From positions 24,366,001 through 24,430,000 of the forward strand of contig OX597826.1 in NCBI GenBank assembly GCA_951406725.2: a stretch of 64,000 bases of DNA, read 5' to 3'. Of the stretch, positions 13,085 to 25,079 are shown piece after piece. Under the pieces are notes generated by a model that saw nothing but the letters and a program-made list of their open reading frames with translations, made no database searches and was not told the origin of the DNA. Both the position numbers and the translations under genes were made by a program. The stretch's first letter is position 1, and the number at the start of each line of letters is the position of its first letter. The stretch is from Octopus vulgaris (lineage: Eukaryota).

Positions 13085-13770
13085 CTCTCTCATGTTTAAT
13101 TATTTGAAGTGTTCCTGTAAGGAAAGAGCCGGTTTCTAATAAAGATACAAAGCTTCATTGTCGGAATATAGATAACATTTTGAACTTGAGAAATGTCTTG
13201 CACATTTTTATTGTTCTGCTTACAGATTTGTATTTGTATTTGTAACTGCATGGTAGCTGGTTGATTTCTTTTTCTGAAAACCCTAGCTTTTCCAGGTTGT
13301 CACTTAGGTATTTACTAACAAAATTATCATCAATTATAATTTTTGATATAAATGTGAATTTATAATCTGGATAAGGACACTGAATATTATTTCAAAGGAG
13401 TTGTCCATTATTATCTTCTTTCTCTCTGGTTTTTGAAAAGATATTCACATCAGCAGGGTAACTAGCCTCAATGACAGTACATGTTCTTTCTGTTCCAAAC
13501 AGAATACAGCACTTTTGTCAAAAAGCATTTTTGTCTAAAGACAAAAAGGATTATTAGAATATAGTTATTTAGAGCTTTTACATTTTTTTTTTTTTTTTAG
13601 ATTCTTAGAACAAATAGTTATTAAACCAAAGTGAGTTTAGACAACAATGTCTTTAGACTATTGTGTGTTTATGAAAAAGTCACTTTAGACCAAAGTTCCT
13701 TAGGCCAAAGTGTTTTAGACAAGTCCTAGATCCGTTCCAAACAATGATATCCAATCTGTGATACAGTGTA
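13085..13770 (-). mobile_element. R4/Dong-like REL-endonuclease LINE 3' fragment, interrupted by a MITE
   Basis: Minus strand reads RLDIIVWNRK..CTVIEASYPADVNIFSKTREKED..YPDYKF..LEKLGFS once 13502-13734 is removed (degenerate PD..ExK nuclease pattern). Confidence 0.7.
13502..13734. mobile_element. MULE-like MITE with about 15-bp subterminal repeats
   Basis: 9-10 bp TSD (g)ttccaaaca at 13492-13501 and 13734-13743; repeated tttagaccaaagt units. Confidence 0.6.
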
Positions 13771-14334
13771 TGTATCTTATGTATGTTTCTTCATTTGCAT
13801 GTATACAGGTATCAATGTGTGGGCATGGAAGTATGTGTATGTGTGCATGTGACTACTCTTGTATTTGTATGTATATAATTATATGCGTATATGTATGTGA
13901 CTACTTTTGTATTTTTACATATGTAACTACATGCATTGTATGTGTGTATGTTTGTGTTTCCTTATCACATGAGCAATGTCATTCTTTTCCAATATCCCCT
14001 TGAAACATGTCTGTTCATGGAAAAATATTACCTTGCTTGGAAAGTGGTGAGTGTTGGAAACAGGGAAGTCATCCAGCTATAGAAAACCCTGCCTCAACAA
14101 ATTCTGTGTCACACATGCAAGCATGGAAAAGTGGACATTAAAATGATAATGGTGCTGGCAGTGATGTATGTATGTACGCAAGTAAATGTCTTCCCAAATA
14201 CTAAAAAAGTTGGTCCCCAGCCTCAGAAACAATGCTCCTTTATTGAAATTTAGACAATACCAGCTCAATAGTAATGTATGTATGTGCATACATACATGTA
14301 TATATCTTTAATTTTGTGTACATGTTGGATTGCA

Positions 14335-14521
14335 TGGTTTTCATGTTTTCGCCCAAAGGGACAGCTAGGAACATCGTATACACAGAAGTATTCGAGTGAA
14401 GAGAAGACATTGCAACCTACACATGCGCCTTCGTTCCCTAGAGGGAAAGGACTAGATTGGGATTAGTTGTTGCCTACTAGGGGCTCTTACATACCCGGGC
14501 AACGCCAGGCTATGCTGCTAG
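14335..14521 (+). mobile_element. Helitron 3' end
   Basis: TARNIVYTEVFE* resembles the RepHel helicase C-terminus; GC hairpin cccgggcaacgccagg followed by CTAG|T. Confidence 0.75.
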
Positions 14522-15058
14522 TATATATATGAATAACTAGCTATATGTATGCATACACATTCTTTATGAGAGCATTTGTAAAATATTTTTGTGTACATTC
14601 CTGTGTCTATATTTTCATTATTATATGCACATTTGTAATATATATGCATTTTGTGGGAGCGTGTGTGCATGTGAATGTGCAAGCGTGTAAGTTCAATTGC
14701 AAGTGGGTTTGTATGTGGCTGTGAATATATTCAAGGGTCAACAACACTTAAGCAGTGAACCCAACTAAAGAATTAATCAGGGATGGACAGCAAACAAAAA
14801 AAGGATGTCACTTACTGGGGATTGAACACGGAACTCAAGACATCAGATATCTATCACATGATAGAACAATCTCTCTCAAGTTGTGCTGTCATATGAGGGA
14901 AAATGGTTGGGTAGCATTTCATCAAACATGGGAAAGTAAATGTCAACTACATGGTTCCAGGTTCAACCCCACTACATATCACCTTGGGCAGATGTCTTCT
15001 ATTATAGCCTCGGGCCAACCAAAGCCTTATGAGTGGTAGACAGAAACTGAAAGAAGCC

Positions 15059-15091
<33 letters not shown>

Positions 15092-18000
15092 TTAACGTCC
15101 GCTTTCCATGCTAGCATGGGTTGGACAGTTCAACTGGGGTCTGGGGAGCCCGAAGGCTGCACCAGGCCAGTCAGATCTGGCAGTGTTTCTACAGCTGGAT
15201 GCCCTTCCTAACGCCAACCACTCCGAGAGTGTAGTGGGTGATTTTATGTGCCACCGACACAAGTGCCAGACGAGGCTGGCGAACGGCCACGCTCAGATGG
15301 TGTTTTTATGTGCCACCGACACAGGTGCCAGACGAAGCTGGTGAACGGCCACGCTCGGATGGTGTTTTTATGTGCCACCGACACAGGTGCCAGACAAGGC
15401 TAGCAGACGACCACGCTCGGATGGTGTTTTTATGTGCCACCGACACAGGTGCCAGACGAGGCTGGCGAACGGCCACGCTCGGATGGTGTTTTTATGTGCC
15501 ACCGACACAGGTGCCAGACAAGGCTAGCAGACGACCACGTTCGGATGGTGTTTTTTATGTGCCACCGACACAGGAGCCAGATTAGGCTGGCGATCGGCCA
15601 CGATTGGATGGTGATTGTTACGTGCCCACCGCATAGAGGCCAGTCGGTGCGGTACTGGCTACGGCCACATTCGGATGGCTTTCTTGTGTGCCACCGGCAC
15701 TGGTACCACAAAGATACAAATTCCATTGATGTTCATCTATTTTGATTTTGTTTGATTTTCACTTGCCTCAACAGGTCTTCACAAGTGTCACAAGAAGGAA
15801 GGTATGCACAGGTGGACTGACTACGTCCCAGGTAGGGGCCACAGGTTATGACCTGACTAGTCTTGCCGGGTCTTCTCACGCACAGCATACTTCCATAAGT
15901 CTCGGTCTCTAGTCATTTCCTTGGTGAGACCTAAAGTTCGTATGTCGTGCTTCACCACTTCGTCCCAGGTTTTCCTGGGTCTACCTCTTCCACAGGTTCC
16001 CTCAACTGCTAGGGTGTAGCACTTTTGCACACAATTATCTTCAGCCATTCTCGTCATATGACCATACCAGCGCAGCCGTCTCTCTTGCACACCACAACTG
16101 ATGCTTCTTAGGTTCAACTTTTCTCTCAAGGTACTTACACTCTGACGATTATGAACACTGACATTACACATCCATCGGAGCATACTGGCTTCATTTCTTG
16201 CGAGCTTACGCATATCCTCAGCAGTCACGGCCCATGTTTCACTACCATGTAGCATGGCTGTACGTACACATGCATCATAAAGTCTGCCTTTTACTCTGAG
16301 CGAGAGGCCTTTTGTCACCAGCAGGGGTAAGAGCTCTCTAAACTTTGCCCAGGCTATTCTTACTCTAGCAGTTACACTTTCAGCACACCCACCCCCACTA
16401 CTAACTTGGTCTCCTAGGTAGCGGAAGCTATCAACTACTTCTAGTTTGTCTCCCTGGAACGTGGTAGAAGTTGGTCTCTGCACATTTCCAGTGTTTATTT
16501 CTCCTGAGCATCTGCCACATACGAAAACTATCTTCCCAGTTAGCCTACCTTTGACATTGCTGCACCTCTTATGTGTCCATAGCTTACACTTGGTGCACCT
16601 TATAGAGTTTCTACCTACACCTTTTTTACAGATCGAGCAGGGCCATCTACCTGAAGTCGTTTGTGGTTGGTCCACCTTCCTACTTATTAGGACTTTGGTT
16701 TTGGCTAGGTTGATTCTAAGGCCCTTCGATTCTAATCCTTGTTTCCACACCTGAAACTTCTCCTCCAGTTCTGATAGTGACTCAGCAATTAGAGCAAGGT
16801 CATCAGCATAGAGGAGCTCCCAGGGGCATCTTGTCTTAAATTCTTCCGTTATTGCCTGGAGGACTATGATAAATAGGAGGGGGCTGAGGACTGAACCTTG
16901 GTGGACCCCAACCTCTACCCGGAATTCTTCACTGTACTCGTTGCCAACCCTCACCTTACTAGCTGCGTCTCTGTACATGGCTCGCACAGCTCTCACTAAC
17001 CATTCATCTATCCCTAGTTTCCTCATTGACCACCAGATAAGGGATCGGGGGACCCTGTCAAAGGCTTTCTCCAAGTCAACAAAAGCCAGGTACAAGGGCT
17101 TACCTTTGGCTAGGTATTTCTCCTGCAGCTGTCTTACCAGGAATATAGCATCAGTAGTACTTTTCCCTGGCACGAACCCAAACTGCATATCATCTAAGCT
17201 AACTCTCTCTAATTAACTGGGCTATAACCCTCTCCGTAACCTTCATTACCTGATCCAACAGCTTGATGCCCCTGTAGTTGTTTGTATCTAGGGCATCGCC
17301 TTTACCTTTGTAGCAGTTGACTATTATGCTGCTACACCAGTCATTGGGTATGACTCCTTCATGTATCACCTGGTTAACTATACGGGTGACTATGCTATAG
17401 CCGACACTACCAGATATTTTGAGCATCTCTGCAGTAATTCCTGATGGGCCTGGGGCTTTCCCTGTCTTCATGCTTCTAATTGCCTTAGCTACCACGGAAC
17501 TATCAACTCGGATAGCTGGTCCCTCTGTTGGGTCAACATTCGGCAGACTCTCTTTATCCCATTCATTTTCCTCATTCAGCAACCTTTCATAGTGGCGTCT
17601 CCAAGCTTCTCTCTTTGCATCCTCATTTAGCGCAAGTGAACCATCCTCCATGCGAACACATTTCTCTCCTACCACATCACGATTCTCTCTCACACACTGT
17701 CTTGCAACACGAAATACCTCAAGTCTTTCATCCTCACGGCGCAGGACATTGGCAAATTTTCTCTTATCTGCTTCCCCTCTGGCTAGATAGACCTGTCTCC
17801 TAGCTTCCCTTCTGGCAGTCTGATACACTTCCCTGCTACCACCGTTCTTCCAGGCCTTCCAAGCCTGTTTCTTTTGTCTAATAGCCCTGTCAACAATATT
17901 GTTCCACCACCACGTTATTTTGGGTCTTAAGGGGACTTTGCACCAGCCACAGATCTGGTCAGTGGCTTTCAGCAGGTTGTCCCTCAGAAGCGTCCAGTTG

Positions 18001-18851
18001 TCTTCTACCCCATGCGTAGCTATACCCCCTTCCATTTCGTCAAAGACTTCAAGTAACATGTCTCTAAATCTCTGTCCATTCGCAGGGTCTTTAAGTTTCC
18101 AGACCCTTCTTCTCCATGTTGGTCGTCTTCTAGTCGCCCTCTTAGTCCTGATCCTAAAGTCACTAACTACCAGTCTATGTTGTGGGGTGCATTCTTCGCC
18201 TGGGAAGGTTTTGGCATTGATAAGCAGCCATCTTTCCCTTTTTCTGGCAAGGATGTAGTCGATTTGGCTAGTATGCCGGCCCGATCGGTAGGTGACCAGG
18301 TGGCTTGTTGGTTTCCTGAAGTTAGTGTTGCAGACCATAAGACTATTCGCATCGCAGAACTCCAGCAGCCTGGTTCCCTCCTCGTTGCGGGAACCATAAC
18401 CGTAGCCTCCATGTACGCCATGGAAGCCCCCAGCATGTCGTCCAACATGCCCATTGAAATCACCAGCTACAAAGAGAAGGTCCCTGTCGTTCGTCAATTA
18501 GGTGGTCTGCAGTAGAGTGTCATAGAAACTGTCTTTCTGTCCATCGGGTAGCCCTGGCTGAGGGGCATAGGGCGATATAATGGTTGCTAATCTATTATGA
18601 AGCACTATTCTAATCTTAAGTATTCTGTCACTTACTCTGATTACCTCAATTACTCTATCCATTTCTCAGCGATAAGTATACCCACGCCACCAACCCCGTC
18701 AGTGTTCCCTGCCCAGAAAATCTTGTACCTGTGTTCCTTGCCTGTGAGGAACCTAGCAGATCCTCCTCTCCACCTTATTTCTTGCATACAACATACATCA
18801 ACACGTCTCCGTTCAAGCATCTCGACTATCTCGCCAGACCTACCTTTCAGT

Positions 18852-18853
<2 letters not shown>
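15059..18853 (-). mobile_element. RTE-clade non-LTR retrotransposon, slightly 5'-truncated (APE endonuclease + RT with PHD insert), (ATG)n tail
   Basis: ORFs 17199..18497 (AGDFNGHVG, SQIDYIL) and 15857..17188 (QFGF, HQGSVLSPLLF, YADD). 2-bp deletion in an (AG)n run near 17200, in-frame TAA near 18499, a further disruption near 18650. (CAT)n on the + strand at 15059-15091. Confidence 0.95.
15240..15630. repeat. 62-bp minisatellite (about 6 units) in the RTE 3' UTR
   Basis: atgtgccaccgacac starts at 15246, 15308, 15370, 15432, 15494 and 15557. Confidence 0.93.
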
Positions 18854-18893
<40 letters not shown>

Positions 18894-19574
18894 GTGTGTG
18901 TGTGTGTATGTATGTATTTATGTGTGTGTTTGTCACCCCGCCATCACTTGGCAACCAGTGTTGGTATATTTATGTCCCTATAACGTAGTGGCTCAGCAAA
19001 AAAGATTGATAGAATAAGTACTGTGCTTATAATGAATAAGTCCTGGGGTTGATTTCTTTGACTAAAACCCTTCAAGGTGGTGCCCCAGCATGGCCACAGT
19101 CAATGAACTGTAGCCATGCTGGAGAATCACTTTGAAGGGTTTGGTCAAACAAGTCAACCTCAGTACTTGATCTATCAGTCTCTTTTTATTGAATCCCTAA
19201 GTTACAGGAATGTAAACAAACCAACAGTGTGTGTGTGATGATGGGGACAAACACACACATATATAGATGTACATGATAGGATTCTTCACAGTTTCTGTTT
19301 ATCAAATTAACTCTCAAGGCATTGGTCTGCCTAAGGCTATCAAAGAAGACACTTGCCCAAGGCACCGCACAGTAGGGCTAAATCCAAAATGGCCTACTCA
19401 TACAATAAGTACCTACCAATAGGTAAAAGTAGATACTGGAGTCAGTTTGTTTGAATAAACACTTCAAGGCAGTGCCCCAGCATGGCCACATTCCAATAAC
19501 TGAAACAAATGAAAGATAAAAGATAACGATACACACACACAGACATCTTATCATACATACCTACATACATAAGT

Positions 19575-19798
19575 ATTAACTAATGAGGAATTTGAAATTA
19601 CTCCACCCAGACTATAGCATAAAATTTATTCTTATAATTATTGGAGATCCCAGTTATGTAGGCAGCTTCCTCACTACCAATCTTGAAATGCTGAGCTTAA
19701 AAATGGAACCAGAAAGAAAATGGCAAATTAAAAATATTTCAACTACAAAGGAAGCTGTTGTGAAAATATGTAAAATATTTCATAGGTTTAACTTGTAA
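19575..19798 (+). mobile_element. R4/Dong-like REL LINE C-terminal fragment
   Basis: MRNLKLLHPDYSIKFILIIIGDPSYV..TNLEML..VKICKIF; same family as the 13-kb and 32-kb pieces. Confidence 0.65.
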
Positions 19799-20787
19799 TA
19801 AATGGCTCAGTGGTTACGACATCAGGCTTACAATCTTGTGGAAATAAGTTACGACACCATTTGTGCCAAGCTGTATCAGCCTTTGCCTTTCCCTTGGATA
19901 ACATTGGTGATATGGAGGGGGGAGGCTGGTATGCATGGGTGACTGTTGGTCTTTCATAAAAACAACCTTGACCAGATTTGTATAACGGAAGGGAAAATTC
20001 TATGTGCAATCCCATGGTCATTCATGACCGAAGCGGGGTCTTATGTGGTTAAGAAGTTTGCTTCCCGACCACATTGTCCCAGGTTCAGTCCCACTGCATG
20101 GAACCTTGAGCAAATCTCTTCTACTATAGCCTCAGGTCAACTAAAACCTTGTGAGTGGATTTGGTAGATGGAAAATGAAAGTAGCCCATTATGGATGTGA
20201 GTGTATTTATGTCTGTTTTTGTCCCCTCACAACCGGTGTTCGTGTGTTTACGTCCCCATAACTTCTTAACATGCAACCACACTGTTTACTCTTTTACTCT
20301 TTTGACTGTGGCCATGCTGGAGCACTGCCTTTAGTCGAGCAAATCGACCCCAGGACTTATTCTTTGTAAGCCTAGTACTTATTCTATCGGTCTTTTTTGC
20401 CAAACCGCTAAGTTACAGGGACGTTAACACACCAGCATCAGTTGTCAAGCAATGTTGGGAGGACAAACACAGACACACATACATATATATATATATATAT
20501 ACATATATACAACGGACTTCTTTCAATTTCCATCTTCCAAATCCATTCACAAGGCTTTGATCAGCCCAAGGCTATAGTGGAAGACACCTGCCCAAGGTGC
20601 CATGCAGTAGGACTGAACCCGGAGCCATGTGGTTGGTAAGCAAGCTACTTACCTCACAGCCACTCCTACGCCTATATGTATTTCTTTCATGTAACTCTAC
20701 ACTCTGTCATTTTGTACTGTCCTCAACCTTTTTGTTGGCTTTTGTGTAATTAATAAAGAATTTTTTTTTGTTTTGTTTTCGAAACAG

Positions 20788-20998
20788 CTACCTTGCAATA
20801 AAGCAGGTGCAAGATGCAAGTCGATGCCTTACCAAACGTACAGATCATGTATGTATGCGTACAGCTGCTCACATCAGTCTCTTGGCCATGGAAAAACAGA
20901 ACGGACTCTTGCTGGCTCAGCGTGTTATCCATCAATACCTCCAGAAAATGCAGTATCAAGAAGCTTACAATTTCACACAAGAACACAGCAACTTGAAG
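20788..20998 (+). CDS. GEMIN5: GEMIN5 exon (211 nt)
   Basis: Poly-T..acag| acceptor and aag|gtaggt donor. YLAIKQVQDASRCLTKR..MRTAAHIS..QEHSNLK, in frame with the previous exon (tg+c = Cys). Confidence 0.92.
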
Positions 20999-21078
20999 GT
21001 AGGTTCCTTTCATTGTCGATACCACTCCCTTAGAAGATAATTATTGGGTGTATAATAATTGTTGTTGTTGTTGTTGTT

Positions 21079-21720
21079 AAGGCGGCAAACTGGCAGAATC
21101 ATTAGCATGCTGGACAAAATTCTTAGTGGTATTTCTCCCATCGCTATGTTCTGAGTTCAAATTCCTCTTTTATCTTTTCAAGGCCGATAAATTAAGTGCC
21201 ACTTGAACACATCCCTTTCTCCAAAGTGGCTGCCCTTGTGGAAAAATTTGAAACCATTATTATTAAGGTGGTGAGCTGGCAGAATCGTAAGCTTGCTGGA
21301 CGAAATGCTTAGCTGTATCTCACCCATTGCTATGTTCTGAGTTCAAATTCCACTGAGGTTGACTTTGCCTTTCATCATTTTGGGGTTGATAAATTAAGTA
21401 CCAGTTGCATACTGGGGTCAATCTAATCAACTGGCCCCCTCTCCCAAAATGTCAGGCTTTGTGCCTATAGCAGAAAAGATTATTATTATCATTATTAAAG
21501 TGACGAGCTGGCAGAATCGTTAGCACACTGGATGAAATGCTTAGCGATATTTCACCCATCGCTATGTTCTGAGTTCAATTTCGCTGAGATCAGCTTTGCC
21601 TTTCATCCTTTCGGAGTCAATAAATTATGTACCAGTGAAACACTGGGGTTGATGTAATCAACTAGTCTCTTCCCCCAAAATTTCAGGCCTTGTGCCTTTA
21701 GTTGAAAGGGTTGTTATTAT
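21079..21720 (+). mobile_element. Tandem array (3 copies) of tRNA-SINE group C (Nin-like centre) separated by (ATT)n
   Basis: ggcgagctggcagaatcgttagc..gagttcaaattcc..gcctttcatcctttcggggtcgataaattaagtaccag repeated head-to-tail. Confidence 0.85.
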
Positions 21721-22436
21721 TATTATTATCATCATCATTACCATATTTCTGTTGAAAGATATTGCTTTTGTTTCAATTAATTTTTAAATAATGAATAATT
21801 TAGTAAAATAACTTTGTCATTATTAAGTTTGTGTCTGGAACAAATTAGCGTAAAATTTTGATGGAAGAATGGATGATTATAATTTAGATCACTTTAAAAA
21901 AATAAATTTGTGTCATCGAACCAGAGGCAGTTTCAGGTGGATTGGTATCAAAAGGGTTAAAGCTGATAGAATTGGTAAAGCAGCTAGTGGAATGCCTTGT
22001 GGTATTTGCTCTGAGTCATTAGCCCTGAGTTCAAATCTCACTGTCATTAATTTTGCCTTTTGTCCCTCCGAAGAGGTGGAGTGGGGGGGGGGGGCAGTAA
22101 ACTAAAATGCCAGTGAAATAATAGTGTTGATATTATTGTCTAACCTTCTGCTCTTGAAAATGACTGGCTTTGTGTCAAATTAGAGTTATTATTAACATTT
22201 TGTCTTCTCAATATATGACATATAAGCTTTGTTCTTTTACCTCTTGTAGAAAAACCTGTCATCATCTCCATCTTCCTCCCCATCCGACCCCTATTCACTT
22301 TCATGTAACAGTTGAATATAGTTGGAACAAGTTTATATATATATATATATATATAATAATAAATATTAGGGAATAAATCCAAATTTACAGGGAAAAATCA
22401 GATTTAGGATTGAATCCAATTTTATAGTAAAATATA

Positions 22437-22649
22437 ATATAATATTAATTAGAGACAAAACCACTATTATGCAAATCAAACAAAGAAAGACTTAATCCAA
22501 TACATAAAAAATTTTATATAAATTAAATATAATTAAGATATCCACATATCTTAATTATATTTAATTTATATAAAATTTTTATGTATTGGATTAAGTCTTT
22601 CTTTGTTTGATTTGCATAATAGTGGTTTTGTCTCTAATTAATATTATAT
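22437..22649. repeat. Long palindrome, 105/104-bp arms, 4-nt loop
   Basis: Arms 22437-22541 and 22546-22649 are reverse complements apart from one indel in an A-run; loop ccac. Confidence 0.95.
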
Positions 22650-23174
22650 ATATATATATAAACTTCTACTGTAGCCCCTGGCTAGTGAAAGCCCTGTCAG
22701 TGGAAACCCGGAACCTTGTAGTTGGTTAGCAAACGTTTTACCACTCAGTCACACCTGCATCTATGATGATGATATATAGGTGAATGCAGTGGTTGTGTGA
22801 TATTAAAAACTTTGCTCCACAGCCATGTAGTCACCTTGGGCTATCATGAGAAAATGGGGGTTAAAATGATGTTATCTGTAATGAAAAAAGGCCCACATGT
22901 TGAGATGAGTGCATAGATTGGAATGCGGTTTGTAGTTTTTCCCTAGCCCCCATACTTACCGAGAAAATCGATGAAATCTTTTTCTAATGGAATCCCCCTT
23001 TCTTCCGCCATTAAAACAACTAGTTGCTTAGAAGCTGTTCTCTGATGGGGTGGGGTCAGGAAATTTTCATACAGCTGGAGGCTCCAATTGAAACAGGGGA
23101 CCCAAAATGATAAGGTTGAGAAACACTCTTATAGATTATGCCTAACCAAAAATGAACACAGCCACATTATCCAA

Positions 23175-23206
23175 ACAGACCAGGTGAAACCGGGCTTAGC
23201 TGCTAG
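23175..23206 (+). mobile_element. Helitron-like 3' terminus (5' extent unclear)
   Basis: ccaggtgaaaccggg hairpin followed by CTAG|T. Confidence 0.5.
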
Positions 23207-24851
23207 TTAATATATAAAACAAGGGCTTCTACACAGTTCCTAACAAAATTCCACTCAAAAACCATGTTGGCCCAAGACCAATAATAAAATACAACTTGCT
23301 CAAGATGCCACACATTGAGTTTGATGTATCCCCCCCACCAAAATTCTTGAGATTGCAATGGCAAACTTCTTATGCCAGTGCTCATTTGGTTACTATTTCT
23401 AGCAAGTCAAGCAACAACATGGCTCATCCTATAGTATGTGGTTTAGTCTAAGCTTTGCTGTTGGCTCTTTGATAGATGAAGGTTTTGTTTGTATCCAAGT
23501 TAATCTGGCTTCCATTGAATACAGTTGGTTATTATTTCATCTGCCAAAGAGAAAGAGAGGGTAACATGTCTGTTAGAAAGTTGCCAGTTTATTCCACAAA
23601 TTCCATTTATAGAATCTTGCAACAACTCTCTTAACTACTTGTTTCTTTTAGACATTTCTCTTATATTCTTATAACATCAGTTCGTTTCTTTCTCTCTCTT
23701 TCTTTTACCCTTTCTTTCTCCCTCTCTCATTCTTATTGTCTTCTTACTTTCCTTCCTTCATTTCTCCTTTTTCTTCCTATTATTATTATTGTTGTTGTTG
23801 TTGCTCCACCAAGGAGCCAAATGTTTGTTGTAATTGCCACACTGTTATTTCATATTGCTATTGTGTTAGTCTTACAACAATGTGTGTGTGTGTGATATGT
23901 TGGGACAGATTGTGTTAGTTTTTTTTTTTCATTGTTTCTTTATTGTTGTATCAAAGACTTATTTTTTATTGTTTTTGTATTTTCTCTTGCAACAATTGTT
24001 AATGTTTTTTTTTCACTTGTTGAAAAATGTATGTATGTGTGCACATATACATGCACACACACACATGCATATATACATATATACATAAGTATATATACAT
24101 ACATGTGCACACACACACATATATTGGCCATGCAGCTACTTAACTGCAAGTGATAATGGTAATGGTTCTCTTTTCTGCTACTGACACATAACATACAATA
24201 TGTTTCATAAATTTTTGCTTTTGTGTTCCTCTGTCTTCCCCCTTATTGAATCTAGTCTAGAACGTGGCACTCACTCAGATTTTAGTCTTGCTTGTCGGGG
24301 ACAAGACAATCTCTATCTGGTGTCAATGAACGAGCGAGCAAACTTTACATCCACCACACCAAGATGGGTGCAGCTGTTACCATTCAAACCACATAGCAAC
24401 TGTTCTTCTCTGCTATTCACTCTGGGGCTTTTTTCATTCTTTACTTTCAGCTTTGGTCTTTCTTATATAATACCTTTGTCGTCATATGTATCATGAAGCA
24501 TTATCTGCCTCCTTCTTTTGCCTCATGAATCACTGCTCTGTTATCTTTCTTAAGTCAAATGCCAGCTGGACAGAACAATATAACATTGTGGATCTCGGTA
24601 TAAACCTGCAACATCTCCACTCTGATGAACGCACCACATGCTGCTTCCATCCTGGTGTCTCACACAAAACAACTGTCTGTGGGTTCCATCTGATTGTCAT
24701 CTCTTGGTTCAGTTGTTTCCTCTTAGATTACCCTATTGTGACATTGTGAAAGTGCATGGCTCAGTGGTTAGAGCATCAGGCTCACAATCTTGAAGTTGTG
24801 AGTTCAGTTCCTAGACCAGGCTGTGTGTTGTGTTCTTGAGCAAGATGCTTT

Positions 24852-25079
24852 GGCGAGCTGGCAGAATCGTTAGCACGCTGGGCGAAATGCTTAGCGGTAT
24901 TTCATCTGCCATAACATTCTGAGTTCAAATTCCGCCGAGGTTGACTTTGCTTTTCATCCTTTCGGGGTCGATAAATTAAGTACCAGTTACGCACTGGGGG
25001 CGATGTAATCAACTTAATCTCTTTGTCTGTCCTTCTTTGTCTCCTCTATGTTTAGCCCCTTGAGGGCAATAAAGAAATT
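24852..25079 (+). mobile_element. SINE group C nested in a group A SINE
   Basis: 9-bp TSD agatgcttt at 24843-24851 and 25080-25088. Confidence 0.85.

Noticed and set aside
15240-15630. CRISPR-like regular repeat
   Set aside because: Whole 62-bp units repeat with no unique spacers, there are no cas genes, and it lies in an RTE 3' UTR.
24200-24496. ORF as an extra GEMIN5 exon
   Set aside because: Candidate acceptors give stops in the required phase 0, and exons 20998 and 33103 already join with continuous homology.
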